DNA of 64,000 nucleotides from Vicinamibacteria bacterium (GCA_963668695.2 CAXXLQ010000004.1:3552001-3616000), one strand, 5' to 3'. Shown: positions 20,781-31,155, numbered from the stretch's first letter. Program-made: numbers and translations. The notes: generated from the sequence alone by a model not told the origin.

Positions 20781-22015
20781 TCCGCGAAAACCTGCGGATG
20801 GGGGTTTCCTCCATCCGCCGCAATCCGCTGCGCTCCACGCTCAGCACCCTCGGCGTCGCCATCGGTATCGCTTCGGTGGTCGCGGTGGCCTCGGTCGCGG
20901 ACGGGCTCACCCAGACCGTCACCGCCGAGTTCGGGGACGTGGGCGGCGGGTACATCGCCGTGTTCTGGTCTGCGCCGCGCGACGACATCGTGCGGCGCCG
21001 GGCGTTCTTGTCGCTCGCCGACGGCGAAGCGGCGTTTCGCGGATCCCCCGCCGTCGATGCCTTCGACCCGGTGCTCTCGTTCCGCCCGGAGGTGCGTCTT
21101 TACGACGAAGCGATGGGACTCGACGCGAAGGGCGTCGGCCCGCTGCACCTCGAGGTCGCCGGGAAGACGCTTGCGCGCGGCCGCTTCCTGACCGAGGAGG
21201 ACATGCAGCGGCAGACCCGCGCCGCGGTCGTGGGCGCCGAGGTCTGGAGTGAACTCGCGCGGGAACTCGGGGGCGGTTTCGGCGGGACCAACAACCCGAT
21301 CGGCGAGCGACTCCTGGTTGACGGGGTCCTGTTCACCATCGTGGGAGTGCTCGAAGCGAAAGAGCGGGGTGTTCTCTCGTCCGGAGACCCGAACCAAATG
21401 CTGCTGATCCCGGTAACCACCGCCCAGTACCGCTTCGGAGAGGGCCCGGCCACCCCGCTGCAGCTCGGCTTCCGCGCCCGCTCGCTCGAGCAGGTCGAGC
21501 TTGCCGAGGAGCAGATCCGCGAGGCTCTCCGGCGGGCCCGCGACCTGCCGGACAATGCCGAGGACGACTTCCAGATCCTCTCGCTCGACGCGCTCCTGAG
21601 TTCGTTCCGCGGCATCCTGTTCGGCGTGGTGGCGGTGGGCCTCGCGCTCGCCGCGATCAGCCTTCTCGCCGGAGGAGTCGGCGTGATGAACGTGATGCTG
21701 GTCGTGGTTCGCGAACGGGGGCGGGAGATCGGCATCCGCAAGGCGATCGGCGCCGGCCACTCCCAGGTCGTCACCCAATTCCTCATCGAGGCGGTGCTGC
21801 TTTCCCTTGCCGGCGGCTTCCTCGGCGCCGGAGTCGGGGCCGGTCTCCGGCTGCTCGCGCCGGCGTTTTGGCCCGCACTCCCGGTCGGCCCGCCACCGCT
21901 CGTCGCATTCGGAGTGGCGTTCGCGTTCTCGGTCTCGGTGGGTGTGGTCTTCGGCATCTATCCGGCGGTGGTCGCCGCGCGCCGCGAGCCCTGGGAAGCG
22001 CTCCGCTCCGAGTAG
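20777..22015 (+). CDS. MacB/YknZ-type ABC permease (no fused ATPase)
   Basis: LRS.LS.LGVAIGIASV; GGVGVMNVML..V.ER..EIGIRKAIGA; FGIYPA. Confidence 0.93.
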   Translation: MIRENLRMGVSSIRRNPLRSTLSTLGVAIGIASVVAVASVADGLTQTVTAEFGDVGGGYIAVFWSAPRDDIVRRRAFLSLADGEAAFRGSPAVDAFDPVLSFRPEVRLYDEAMGLDAKGVGPLHLEVAGKTLARGRFLTEEDMQRQTRAAVVGAEVWSELARELGGGFGGTNNPIGERLLVDGVLFTIVGVLEAKERGVLSSGDPNQMLLIPVTTAQYRFGEGPATPLQLGFRARSLEQVELAEEQIREALRRARDLPDNAEDDFQILSLDALLSSFRGILFGVVAVGLALAAISLLAGGVGVMNVMLVVVRERGREIGIRKAIGAGHSQVVTQFLIEAVLLSLAGGFLGAGVGAGLRLLAPAFWPALPVGPPPLVAFGVAFAFSVSVGVVFGIYPAVVAARREPWEALRSE

Positions 22016-22104
22016 GACGAGGCGCGTCCGTGCCTGGATCGCGAGCGATCCGCCACGCACCTGGCGCTGCCGATTCCGAACGACGTATGGTGTATCGCAG
22101 GTCT

Positions 22105-22314
22105 ATGTCACGCACCAACGTGGATATCGACGACGATGCCTGCGCCGCCGTCATGCGCCGCTATCGGCTGACTTCCAAGCGCGAAGCCGTCAACCTGGCG
22201 TTGCGCCTCCTCGCCGCCGAGCCCCTCCGCCTTGACGAGGCCCGGCGTCTTCGCGGATCGGGCTGGGTGGGCGATCTGGAAGAGATGCGCCGTCGTCGTG
22301 AGACGTGGTCCTGA
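22105..22314 (+). CDS. vapB: VapB antitoxin
   Basis: MSRTNVDIDD...VMRRY.L..KREAVNLAL..GW.GDL. Confidence 0.88.
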   Translation: MSRTNVDIDDDACAAVMRRYRLTSKREAVNLALRLLAAEPLRLDEARRLRGSGWVGDLEEMRRRRETWS

Positions 22315-22689
22315 TGGATACGTCCGCCTGGGTGGAGTTCCTCCACGACACGGGCTCGACCGTGTGCAGGCGCGTTGACGAATTGCTGGACGCCGAAATC
22401 GCGGTGCGCGACGCAATCCGCATGGAGGTGCTGGCCGGCGCGCGAGACGAACTCCATCCAGGCGCTGCGCCGCCTCCTGGCGCGGGCGACCGTGCTGCCC
22501 ACGGACCCCGCGCACTTCGAGGAGGCGGCTGCCCTGTTCCGTCGCTGCCGCCGGCAAGGGGAGACGGTGCGCCGGCTGATCGACTGTCTGATCGCCGCCG
22601 TCGCGATCCGCTCCGGGGCGCCTATCCTCCATCGCGACGGCGACTTTGACGTCCTGGCGCGCCACCCGGAACTCGAAGTCGCCCGCTGA
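22305..22689 (+). pseudogene. vapC: VapC toxin, frameshifted near 22458
   Basis: DTSAWVEFL..EVLAGAR in one frame; IDCLIAA..LHRD.DF in another. Confidence 0.8.
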
Positions 22690-22746
22690 GGCGGCCCAGG
22701 GAGCCGCTACCCGCCGGCACGGCTCCCCGGCGCGGCTCCTCCGGTA

Positions 22747-23463
22747 ATGACTTCCACCGGCTTCCAGACCTTCGCCGCGCCCCATCTGGTGGCGTTGGCG
22801 CTCACCCTGGCGCTTCCGGCGTTGCTGGCGGTTATCGCGCGGCGGCTCTCCGGGGCAGCGCCGAACGTCATCGCCTGGCTCCTTGCCGGGATGCTCCTCA
22901 CGAACGAGTTCACTTACTGGGCGATCCGGATCGGGGCGATCGGACTCGATGGCTGGGTGCGGAACCATATGCCGCTGCACGTCTGCGGGGTGGCGGTGCT
23001 GCTGACGTCGGCGACGCTTCTCTTGCGCAGTCCGAAGACCTACGAGATCGTCTACTTCTGGGGTCTCGTGGGCTCGGCGAACGCCGTCATCACCCCCGGC
23101 GGGCTCGCGGTGGACTTCCCCGAGTACCGCTTCTTCCAATACTTCATCGCCCATTCGGGCATCGTGGTGGGGGTGCTGTTCGCCACCTGGGGTCTCGGAA
23201 TGCGTCCGACCCTCCGCGGGATGTTCCGCGCCTTCGCCTATCTGGCCGTCTTCGCCGCGTTCGTGGGCGCGGTGAACCTTCTGCTGGGCGCGAACTTCAT
23301 GTGGCTTTCGGGGCCTCCCCCCGACACCGTGTCTCCCTTCTTCATGGCGCCCTGGCCGTGGTATCTGCCGATCCTGGCGGTGGCCGGACTCGCCATGTTC
23401 TTCGTGGTTCTATCCCCCTTCCTGGTGAGCGAGTGGTGGAGGAACCGCGGCGCAAGCGCCTGA
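22747..23463 (+). CDS. TIGR02206/YwaF-family membrane protein
   Basis: PLHVC, YFWG, FIAH, ANFM.L...P, PWPWY. Confidence 0.85.
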   Translation: MTSTGFQTFAAPHLVALALTLALPALLAVIARRLSGAAPNVIAWLLAGMLLTNEFTYWAIRIGAIGLDGWVRNHMPLHVCGVAVLLTSATLLLRSPKTYEIVYFWGLVGSANAVITPGGLAVDFPEYRFFQYFIAHSGIVVGVLFATWGLGMRPTLRGMFRAFAYLAVFAAFVGAVNLLLGANFMWLSGPPPDTVSPFFMAPWPWYLPILAVAGLAMFFVVLSPFLVSEWWRNRGASA

Positions 23464-23500
23464 GGGGGCGGGAGGGCGCCTCCGGTCGGGAGCCCGAGCG

Positions 23501-23887
23501 TCAGGCAGCGGCGATGTCGGTCCGGGCGAAGTCGTCGCCCTTGAAGAGGAGCGGTTCCCGCGAGACCTCGGCGAGGGCGTAGGCGAAACAGTCTCCGAAG
23601 TTGAGGGCGGCGGGGTGATTCCCCCTGCCGAAGCGTCGCCACGCGTACCGCGCCGACGCAAGTTGCTCGAGGGTAACCGGCACCACATCAACGCCCAGCC
23701 GCTCCAGAAACCGGTCCAATTCCAATCCCGCCGTCGGACCGCCCCTGCCCTCCACCACCATGGTCACTTCAAGCATGTTCGCCGCCGACATCCGACAGCT
23801 CGAGGCGGTGAGCATCCTGGCTTCGTAGCGTCCAGCATCCGGTTCCCGGTTCAGGACTGCCAGCAGGGCGGAGCTGTCCACGATCAC
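23501..23887 (-). CDS. vapC: VapC PIN toxin
   Basis: IVDSSALLA; LNFGDCFAYALA; LLFKGDDF. Confidence 0.93.
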   Translation of the reverse strand: MIVDSSALLAVLNREPDAGRYEARMLTASSCRMSAANMLEVTMVVEGRGGPTAGLELDRFLERLGVDVVPVTLEQLASARYAWRRFGRGNHPAALNFGDCFAYALAEVSREPLLFKGDDFARTDIAAA

Positions 23888-24141
23888 TTGGGCAGACCCC
23901 GCTCGTCGTAGAGCAGATCGCCGTGCTCCACGGCAGATGGGCCGGGTCCCATCAGCTTGGCGCACCGCTCTGCGATCGCGCGGAGCTCCCTGAGACGCTC
24001 ATCAACATTGAGTTCGCGCCTCCTCCGACCAAGACGCTCCCTGAGTGCAACCGTGATCGCGCCGGTCATGCTCTCCCCGGTCAACCGCGCGAGTTCGCGG
24101 GCGAGCCGGCAGGTTTCCTCGTTCTTGATGTTCAGACCCAT
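23884..24141 (-). CDS. vapB: VapB antitoxin (Rv0623-like)
   Basis: LNIKNEE..RLARELA..TGES.T.AI..AL.ERL; LYDE.GLP. Confidence 0.9.
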   Translation of the reverse strand: MGLNIKNEETCRLARELARLTGESMTGAITVALRERLGRRRRELNVDERLRELRAIAERCAKLMGPGPSAVEHGDLLYDERGLPK

Positions 24142-24378
24142 GGCGCCTCCGGAAGGGGTAGAAGGAACTATACGCTGTCTACCCTGACAGAGGCCAACTC
24201 CCCGCTCGGATCCCGATTCCCGGCGGACAGCGAGAAGAAGCTTTCTTCAGCCCGAGTCACGATCTCCTTGCGGAACTGAACGACGCGCAGCCACGGGATG
24301 CCCCTGCCCCGCGGGATGTCCCTGCCCCGCCGCTGTCGGCGGCTTCTATTGTTGGCTGGAGTCTTGGCTGGAGCGGTC

Positions 24379-24577
24379 AACAGCCGGTGGTGGAACCCGG
24401 GTGAGCGCCGAGAGCGGCGAGGCCCAGTTCTCCCGGTGGGGGTCCGGCTGACAAGGCGCGTGAGGGAGGAATACCGAGCGTATTTCGACCCAAACGCAAC
24501 GCCGAGCGCCGCAAAGCGACGCGGTTCAGACGGGATGGATCGCCGCTCGAACGCCGCTTGGGTTTCACCAGGCTGTT
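24379..24577 (+). mobile_element. MITE family A copy carrying one micro-module
   Basis: AACAGCC...GGCTGTT termini and conserved core; abuts the stop of the M28 peptidase. Confidence 0.8.
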
Positions 24578-26189
24578 AAGGGCGATCGGCTTGGCGGGCG
24601 GCGCGGAACTCGCTGGTCTCGCTCCATTCGGGCCACCCGTCGGAGTCGGCGAGGCCGCGGCCCATCCGGTAGAGGAATTCCAGGTCGTCCACCATCCCCG
24701 AGAGGTCGTACCAGTCCTCCACCTCGTCGCCGGGTTTGTGGTACGCCTCGGCGACGTAGGTGGCACGGACCTCCATGCCGAACCCTTCGGGCTTGCCGAT
24801 GAAGTCCACCCCGCCGTCGGGATAGAACGCCGGGATGCCGACCTTCGCGAATTCGAAGTGGTCGGAACGGTAGTAGTAGCCGTTTTCGGGTTCCGGGTCC
24901 GGGCGCAGCTCGCGGCCGAGCTCGGCGGCGGCCGCCCCGGCGATGTCATCGAGTTCGGACTGGCCGAGGCCTACGACGGTGATGTCGGTCGTGCGTCCCC
25001 ACACGTTCAGGCCGTCCATGTTGAGCGCCGCCACCGTCTCGGCCGCCGGATAGAGCGGGTTCTGGGCATAGTGGCGCGAGCCGAGCAGTCCCTGCTCCTC
25101 CGCGGTAACGGCCAGGAACAACACGCTGCGGCGGAGAGGCCCCTCGGCCGCGAACGCCTCGGCAAGCCCCAGCAGTCCCGCCGTACCGGTCGCATTGTCG
25201 AAGGCCCCGTTGAAGATGTTGTCGCCCTCCATCCCCACCGCAGTGCCGAGGTGATCCCAGTGCGCGGTGTAGATGACCGTCTCGCCGGGCGCTTCGGTTC
25301 CGGGAAGGCGCGCCACCACGTTGTTCGAGTCGATCTCGCGGTGCGAGGTTTCGAGCGCGAAGCTCACGGGAATACCGAGCGGCATGGGCGTGAACTCCGG
25401 GGCAGTAGCCGCCCCGCGAGCTTCCTCGAAGTCCATTCCCGCGGCGCTGAAGAGCGCGACCGCCTGCTCCCGGGAGATCCATCCCTCGACCTCGAGGCGG
25501 TCCATGTTCCCGCCGGGGGTGCGCAGGTCGAACTGCTCCCCGGTCCACGAGCCGCTCACCACTTCCCACGGATATCCGGCGGGACCCGTCTCATGGACGA
25601 TCAGCGCTCCGAGCGCTCCCATCGCGGCGGCCTTTTCGAATTTGTAGGTCCAGCGGCCGTAGTAGGTCATGGCGTCGCCGCCGAAGTGGTGTTCTCCGGG
25701 CGGGTCGTTCACCAGCACCACCAGGATCTTGCCCGTGAGGTCGGCATCTCCGAAGTCGTCCCAGCCGTACTCCGGCGCCTGGACGCCATAGCCGACGAAG
25801 AGCAACTCTCCGGACGCCCCCACCTCGGAGACCACCCGCTTGGTCCAGGCCACGAAGTCCACTCCCGCCTCCCAGTCGCCGCCCGGGTCCGAGGAGGCCG
25901 CCATGGTGATGGCGGTGGAGCCCACGAGGGGTACTGCCTGAACCCAGGTCCCGTCCGGATTCCCGGGCTCGAGTCCGAGTTGCTCGAACACCCCGCTCAG
26001 GTAGGCAACGGTCTTCTCCTCTCCGGGAGAAGCCGGTCCCCGCCCGCCGAACTCGTCGGAAGCCAGGGTGGAGATGTGCGCCAGGAGACGGTCCTCGGCG
26101 AAGCGCGGCCCGGACTCGCCGCAGCCGGCGAGCGGCAGGACTGCCGTGAAGACGGCGGCGGAAACCACCGGAAACAGGGAACGAAGCAT
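24576..26189 (-). CDS. M28 metallopeptidase lipoprotein with PA domain
   Basis: LAGC lipobox; LASD...GR; TAHWDHLG, NGA.DNA.G, TAEEQGL, RSDH, YH. Confidence 0.92.
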   Translation of the reverse strand: MLRSLFPVVSAAVFTAVLPLAGCGESGPRFAEDRLLAHISTLASDEFGGRGPASPGEEKTVAYLSGVFEQLGLEPGNPDGTWVQAVPLVGSTAITMAASSDPGGDWEAGVDFVAWTKRVVSEVGASGELLFVGYGVQAPEYGWDDFGDADLTGKILVVLVNDPPGEHHFGGDAMTYYGRWTYKFEKAAAMGALGALIVHETGPAGYPWEVVSGSWTGEQFDLRTPGGNMDRLEVEGWISREQAVALFSAAGMDFEEARGAATAPEFTPMPLGIPVSFALETSHREIDSNNVVARLPGTEAPGETVIYTAHWDHLGTAVGMEGDNIFNGAFDNATGTAGLLGLAEAFAAEGPLRRSVLFLAVTAEEQGLLGSRHYAQNPLYPAAETVAALNMDGLNVWGRTTDITVVGLGQSELDDIAGAAAAELGRELRPDPEPENGYYYRSDHFEFAKVGIPAFYPDGGVDFIGKPEGFGMEVRATYVAEAYHKPGDEVEDWYDLSGMVDDLEFLYRMGRGLADSDGWPEWSETSEFRAARQADRP

Positions 26190-26307
26190 CGAAGGTTCTC
26201 CTCGGGAAGGGAACAAAGTCTGCCAGAATCTCGTCTTTCTCTGAGGTCCGCGCAGCCGAGCGGATTTTCATCGGTCCGGAGGTTCCTCCGGAAACAGGAG
26301 CCTCTCG

Positions 26308-26796
26308 ATGCCGACTTCCCCTTCCTCCACCTGGGCGCTGGTTCGCACGCCGGTCCTGATCACGCTCGGGGTCACGGCTCTCCGCCTGCTGGGCGCCCTC
26401 GGCGGCCTGCCGGATTTCCTCGTGAACCGTGAGGCCGGCGGTACCGGCGCCATCATCGGGATCGTCTGGCTGGCTCCGATCTTCGCGTTCTGGTTCGGGC
26501 GGCAACACGCCCGGTCGGGAAACACCGGATTCGTTGCGGCGCTCAAGACGAACTTCGTCTACGGAATCGGCGCCCGGATCCCGGTCATCCTCATCATGCT
26601 CTTCGCCACCCTCGGCGACTGGGGCACCCACTACGACGCTTATCCGCCGGACATGGAAGCGACGATGGGCCTCATGGGTCAGTGGTTTTGGGGCGGCGCT
26701 ATCCCCCAGGTCGTCTTCTGGGTCGGCCTCTGGACCACGCTCCTCGGCGGCCTCATCACCTGGCTCACCGCGAAGTTCACCTCCCGGACCGCTTAA
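26308..26796 (+). CDS. Hypothetical membrane protein
   Basis: About 4 TM helices, WGTHYD motif, typical codon usage. Confidence 0.7.
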   Translation: MPTSPSSTWALVRTPVLITLGVTALRLLGALGGLPDFLVNREAGGTGAIIGIVWLAPIFAFWFGRQHARSGNTGFVAALKTNFVYGIGARIPVILIMLFATLGDWGTHYDAYPPDMEATMGLMGQWFWGGAIPQVVFWVGLWTTLLGGLITWLTAKFTSRTA

Positions 26797-26802
26797 CAGC
26801 CG

Positions 26803-27457
26803 GTGACTTCCGCGACCCCGGATCTGCGCTATCCCATCGGCAAGTTCACCGTCTCGGGTGCGATCACCGAGGATCAGGTCGGCGCCTGGCTCGCCGACCT
26901 GGTGGCTCTGCCCGGCGACCTACGCCGAACGGTGACCCCGCTGAGCGACCCTCAACTGGACACTCCGTACCGTCCCGGCGGCTGGACCGTTCGGCAGGTC
27001 GTCCATCACCTCCCCGACAGCCACCTAGGCAGCCCGTAGACAAAGTCACGCGGCGTTCGACCGGCGATCCATCCCGGCTGATCGCTGGGCTCTGCGTTCC
27101 GATTCGGTCGGAATACGCCCGGTATTCCTCCCAAATCGCGCCTTGTCAGCCGGGCGCCTCACCGGTCTCGGCGCTCACGTGACTTTGTCCAACGGCTGCT
27201 AAGACGAAGCGCTGGTGGCGGAGCTGCCGGACTACCTGACCGCACCGATCGACAGTTCGCTGGACCTTCTGCGGGCACTGCACGTGCGCTGGGCGGAACT
27301 GGTGCGGAGCCTGAGCTGGGAGCAGCTCCAGCGGACATTCTTGAACCCGGATTCGGGCGAGAACACTCTGGCCCGCACGGTCGGGGTCTACACCTGGCAC
27401 GGGCGGCACCACCTCGCCCAGGTCGAAAGACTGATCGAACGCGAGAACTGGGCCTGA
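26803..27457 (+). pseudogene. YfiT/BstA (DinB-family) thiol transferase interrupted by a MITE
   Basis: DLRYPIG, YRPGGWTVRQVVHHLPDSH, then the MITE, then LH.RW..L and YTWHGRHHLA. Confidence 0.85.
27029..27200 (-). mobile_element. MITE family A copy inside yfiT
   Basis: GCAGCCCGT.GACAAAGTCACG / CGTGACTTTGTC..CGGCTGC IR after CTAG; core in reverse orientation. Confidence 0.8.
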
Positions 27458-27464
27458 CAGCCCG

Positions 27465-27692
27465 TTAACAGCCTGTGGTGAAACCCGGAAGGCATCCATT
27501 CGCGGCGCGCAGCGCCGCGGGGGTGGGGTGTGGGGAGGGGTTTTCCCTCCCCACGAAAGACGATGGTGCGAATCGCGCAGCGATTCGCACCATCAACCCG
27601 TGGGGAAAGCGCCCCGCACGCACACAAACCGACGGATTCGCCGCGCGCGACCTCCTGGGGCTCGTGCGGGGTGCTTTCACCACGGGCTGTCA
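27465..27692. mobile_element. Chimeric repeat: family A termini around a family C body
   Basis: TTAACAGCCTGTGGTGAAA...TTTCACCACGGGCTGT ends; internal GGTGCGAATCGCGCAGCGATTCGCACC hairpin shared with 53414-53810. Confidence 0.7.
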
Positions 27693-28094
27693 GTAGGCCA
27701 CCGACAGCCGGAAACGCGCTCCGGCGCGGACGGCGGCCGCAAGGACCGTCTCCAGTGCGGTGAGTTCCGCGACCAACGTGTGCTCTCCCGGGAAAGCCTC
27801 GGGATCCTTCGTGACCGTCCCGAGCAGCGTCTGCACCAGTCGGAGCCCAACCCGGGAGTCAAACCATCCCGCCGGGGTGACCCCGTCCACGTCGGTGTCG
27901 AAATTGAGGTCCGCAGCGAGGATCTCGGACTCTTCGGGACTCATGCTGACGAACTCGTCGAGGGGCTGAAGACCGGCCTCTTCGGCGGCCTCCGACAGTT
28001 CCCAGCGCGCCTGATTGAGGGCGTGGCCCTCGAAGTTCTCGGGGACCACGCCCTCGACCTCGCGGTCGAGGGTGACCGCTATGCCTACGCCCAA
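27690..28094 (-). CDS. Hypothetical acidic protein
   Basis: Open frame with typical codon usage downstream of the DUF1684 gene; start uncertain. Confidence 0.6.
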   Translation of the reverse strand: MGVGIAVTLDREVEGVVPENFEGHALNQARWELSEAAEEAGLQPLDEFVSMSPEESEILAADLNFDTDVDGVTPAGWFDSRVGLRLVQTLLGTVTKDPEAFPGEHTLVAELTALETVLAAAVRAGARFRLSVAY

Positions 28095-28107
28095 GGGGTG
28101 CAGCCAG

Positions 28108-29025
28108 TCAGTCGGTGGGCGCGGACCCGGGCTGATAGCGCAACTCGCCGGCCTCGACACGGATCGCGAGTCGGTTTTGCGGCGGCGGGGTCGGACAGGT
28201 AGTGAACTCGTTGAAGCCGCAGGGCGGGTTCACGGCGCGGTTGAAGTCCACGACTACCCGGCCGTTCTCTGCCGGAGGGACTTGCAGAAAACGCGCGGAG
28301 CGATAGGTCTCCAGACCGCTCGTGCCGTCCGAGAGGACAAAGAACAAAACCCCGTTCCTCCTGTTGAACGCCTGCATCCGGATTTCCTGGCCATCCCAGT
28401 CAAAGACCACGTCGCCGTCCGACTCGTAGTTCTCGATGTCTCCGCGGATGTTGATCGCTTCGACGTGTTTCGTCTCCGGATATCGCTCGAAAACGGCGGC
28501 CACCCGGAACTTCGGATCCAGGGGAAACCATTTCCGGCCGGTGAAATTCGTGCGGAGCGAGTTGTCGAGGTCGCGCAGGCGGAGCGCCCGGCGCTCGCCG
28601 CTCGAGTGAAGCCAGAACCTCGTTCTGTCGTCGAGGTGCAGGGCACCGTCCTCGCCCAGTTCGAGTTCGCCCTCGGTGAAGGGTTCGCCGCCCACCGTGG
28701 CGCCCATTCCTTCGGCAACCCGGGCGAACGCCTTGCCGTCCGCCGACCAGGAAACGGTGACCGCCAGCTCCGGGAACCGGTCCGGAACGCGAAGATCGGC
28801 ATCCTCGCCGCTCCCGACGGTGTGTTCACCGACCGTCAGGAAGTGGAGCCCGGCTACGGTCAGCCAATTTCTGTCGGAGGTGAGCGTCTCCTCCACCCGT
28901 TGCCGGTAGGCCTCCTCGCCTTCCCGCCAGGCTGCTTCGTCGAAGGGCGCGCCTTCGCCGGTACACCCGGTGCTCGCGAGGATGAGGGTTGCGAGCAGGA
29001 GACCGGAGCCAAGGAGAGTACGCAT
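28108..29025 (-). CDS. DUF1684-family protein
   Basis: WL..AGL, D.TSG.ETY...RFL, DFNRA.NPPC.F..F.TCP.PP.QN.L...V.AGE. Confidence 0.9.
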   Translation of the reverse strand: MRTLLGSGLLLATLILASTGCTGEGAPFDEAAWREGEEAYRQRVEETLTSDRNWLTVAGLHFLTVGEHTVGSGEDADLRVPDRFPELAVTVSWSADGKAFARVAEGMGATVGGEPFTEGELELGEDGALHLDDRTRFWLHSSGERRALRLRDLDNSLRTNFTGRKWFPLDPKFRVAAVFERYPETKHVEAINIRGDIENYESDGDVVFDWDGQEIRMQAFNRRNGVLFFVLSDGTSGLETYRSARFLQVPPAENGRVVVDFNRAVNPPCGFNEFTTCPTPPPQNRLAIRVEAGELRYQPGSAPTD

Positions 29026-29148
29026 GGGGGCATTGTAAGTTCGCCGCCGCCCCGAAACGAATGACCGGCGGGGACAACTGGGAGAACACCGTGTGTCGCT
29101 TCGCAGATCCCGATGCGGCCGAGCCGACCAGCGCGAGACGGTGTGCTG

Positions 29149-30301
29149 CTAGCCCGCCTTGCCTCGCTCCGTCGCCCGCCCCGCTGCCGAACCCGCACCG
29201 CTCGATGTCGAACGAGCAGCCATTGTCAGTCCCGCCTTGATGAAGCCATCGAGGTCGCCGTTCATCACCCGGTCCACATCCCCCATCTGGTGGTTCGTAC
29301 GGTGGTCCTTCACCATCCGGTACGGCTGGAACACGTAGGACCGGATCTGGTTGCCCCAGGTGTTGTCGCCCAGACTCTCCTTCTGGGCCTCCTCCTGGGC
29401 TTTGCGTTCCCGCACCGCCCGGTCGTAGAGACGCGCTCGCAGAACCTTCATGGCGCTGTCCTTGTTCCGGTGCTGGGAGCGCTCGTTCTGGCAGGAAACG
29501 ACGAGGCCCGTAGGCAGATGGGTGATGCGGACCGCCGAGTCGGTGACGTTGACATGCTGGCCGCCCTTGCCGCTCGCCCGGAAGGTGTCGATGCGGAGGT
29601 CGTTTTCGTCCACCTCGATCTCGATGCGGTCGTCGAGATCGGGGAAGGCGGCCACCGAGGCGAAGGAGGTGTGGCGACGGTGCTGGCTGTCGAAGGGGGA
29701 CATCCGCACCAGCCGGTGGATTCCCGATTCCACCCGTAGCCGGCCATAGGCGTGGTCTCCCCGGACTTCGAACGTCGCTCCCTTGATGCCCGCTTCCTCT
29801 GCCGGCTGGCGGTCAAGAAGCTTGATGTCAAACCCCCGGCCCTTGGCCCAGCGGATGTACATCCCGAGCAGCATCTCCGCCCAATCCTGGGCATCGGTCC
29901 CCCCGGCTCCGGGATTGATGGTGACGATCGCGTTCTCGGAATCGTGTTCCCCGGCGAAGAGCCGGTGCAGTTCGAACTCGTCGAGCTGGCCTTCCAGACG
30001 GTCCAGATGTTCACGGAAGTCGTCGATGACGTCTTCCCCCTCCCGGATCCATTCAGCCAGCGTCTCGACCTCGTCCACCGCCCGCGCGAAGGCCGCGCTC
30101 CGCTCCAATCCCCCGAACACGCTTGCCCGGCGCCGTGAAAGTGCCTCCCCATCGCCCGATGCCGACCACACGGCCGGGTCGCTCAGACGCTCGTCGAGCT
30201 CGGCGATCTCCGCTGTCAGACCGACGGTGTCAAAGGAACCCCCGGGCCACGGTGACACGTTCCACCAAGGCTTCGTACCGGTCGAGCATTTCCTGACTCA
30301 T
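29149..30301 (-). CDS. prfB: Peptide chain release factor 2 with programmed +1 frameshift
   Basis: SPF and GGQ motifs; 23-codon first frame ends CGGGGG TTC CTT TGA C at ~30229-30244. Confidence 0.97.
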
Positions 30302-30348
30302 GGCGATTCTCCGGGGGTGGTCCCCGGCCGGCGGGAACCCCGGAATTC

Positions 30349-31136
30349 TAGCGGCCGGTGGTGGAACCCGCGTGAGCGCCGAGGCCGGCGAGGCCCAGTT
30401 CTCCCGGTGGGGGTCCGGCTGACAAGGCGCGTGAGGGAGGAATACCCCGTGTATTTCGACCGAAACGCAACGATGAGCGGCGCGAAGCGACGCGGTGAAC
30501 AGCCGGTGGTGGAACCCACGTGAGCGCCGAGGTCGGCGAGTTCTCCCGGTGGGGGTCCGGCTGACAAGGCGCGTGAGGGAGGAATACCCCGTGTATTCCG
30601 ACCGAAACGCAACGATGAGCGGCGCGAAGCGACGCGGTTCAGCCGGGATGGATCGCCGGCCGAGCCCCCACCGGGAGAACTGGGCCGCGTGGGTTCCATC
30701 ACCGGCTGTCTGGCCGGGATGGATCGCCGGCCGAGCCCCCACCGGGAGAACTGGGCCGCGTGGGTTTCATCACAGGCTGTCTGGCCGGGATGGATCGCCG
30801 GCCGAGCCCCCACCGGGAGAACTGGGCCGCGTGGGTTTCATCACAGGCTGTCTGGCCGGGATGGATCGCCGGCCGAGCCCCCACCGGGAGAACTGGGCCG
30901 CGTGGGTTTCATCACAGGCTGTCTGGCCGGGATGGATCGCCGGCCGAGCCCCCACCGGGAGAACTGGGCCGCGTGGGTTTCATCACAGGCTGTCTGGCCG
31001 GGATGGATCGCCGGCCGAGCCCCCACCGGGAGAACTGGGCCGCGCGGGTTTCATTACAGGCTGTTAGGCCGGGATGGATCGCCGGCCGAGCCCCCACCGG
31101 GAGAACTGGGCCGCGTGGGTTTTGCCACCGGCTGCT
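30349..31136 (+). repeat. Array of family A MITEs ending in 7 x 71-bp tandem repeats
   Basis: Two near-full units, then a unit whose module starts at 30665, 30736, 30807, 30878, 30949, 31020 and 31091. Confidence 0.92.
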
Positions 31137-31155
31137 CACGGCCGGAAGAGACCGC

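Noticed and set aside
30643-31136. CRISPR array or repeat-protein ORFs
   Set aside because: Units are essentially identical 71-mers derived from the MITE; the overlapping ORFs are repeat artefacts.
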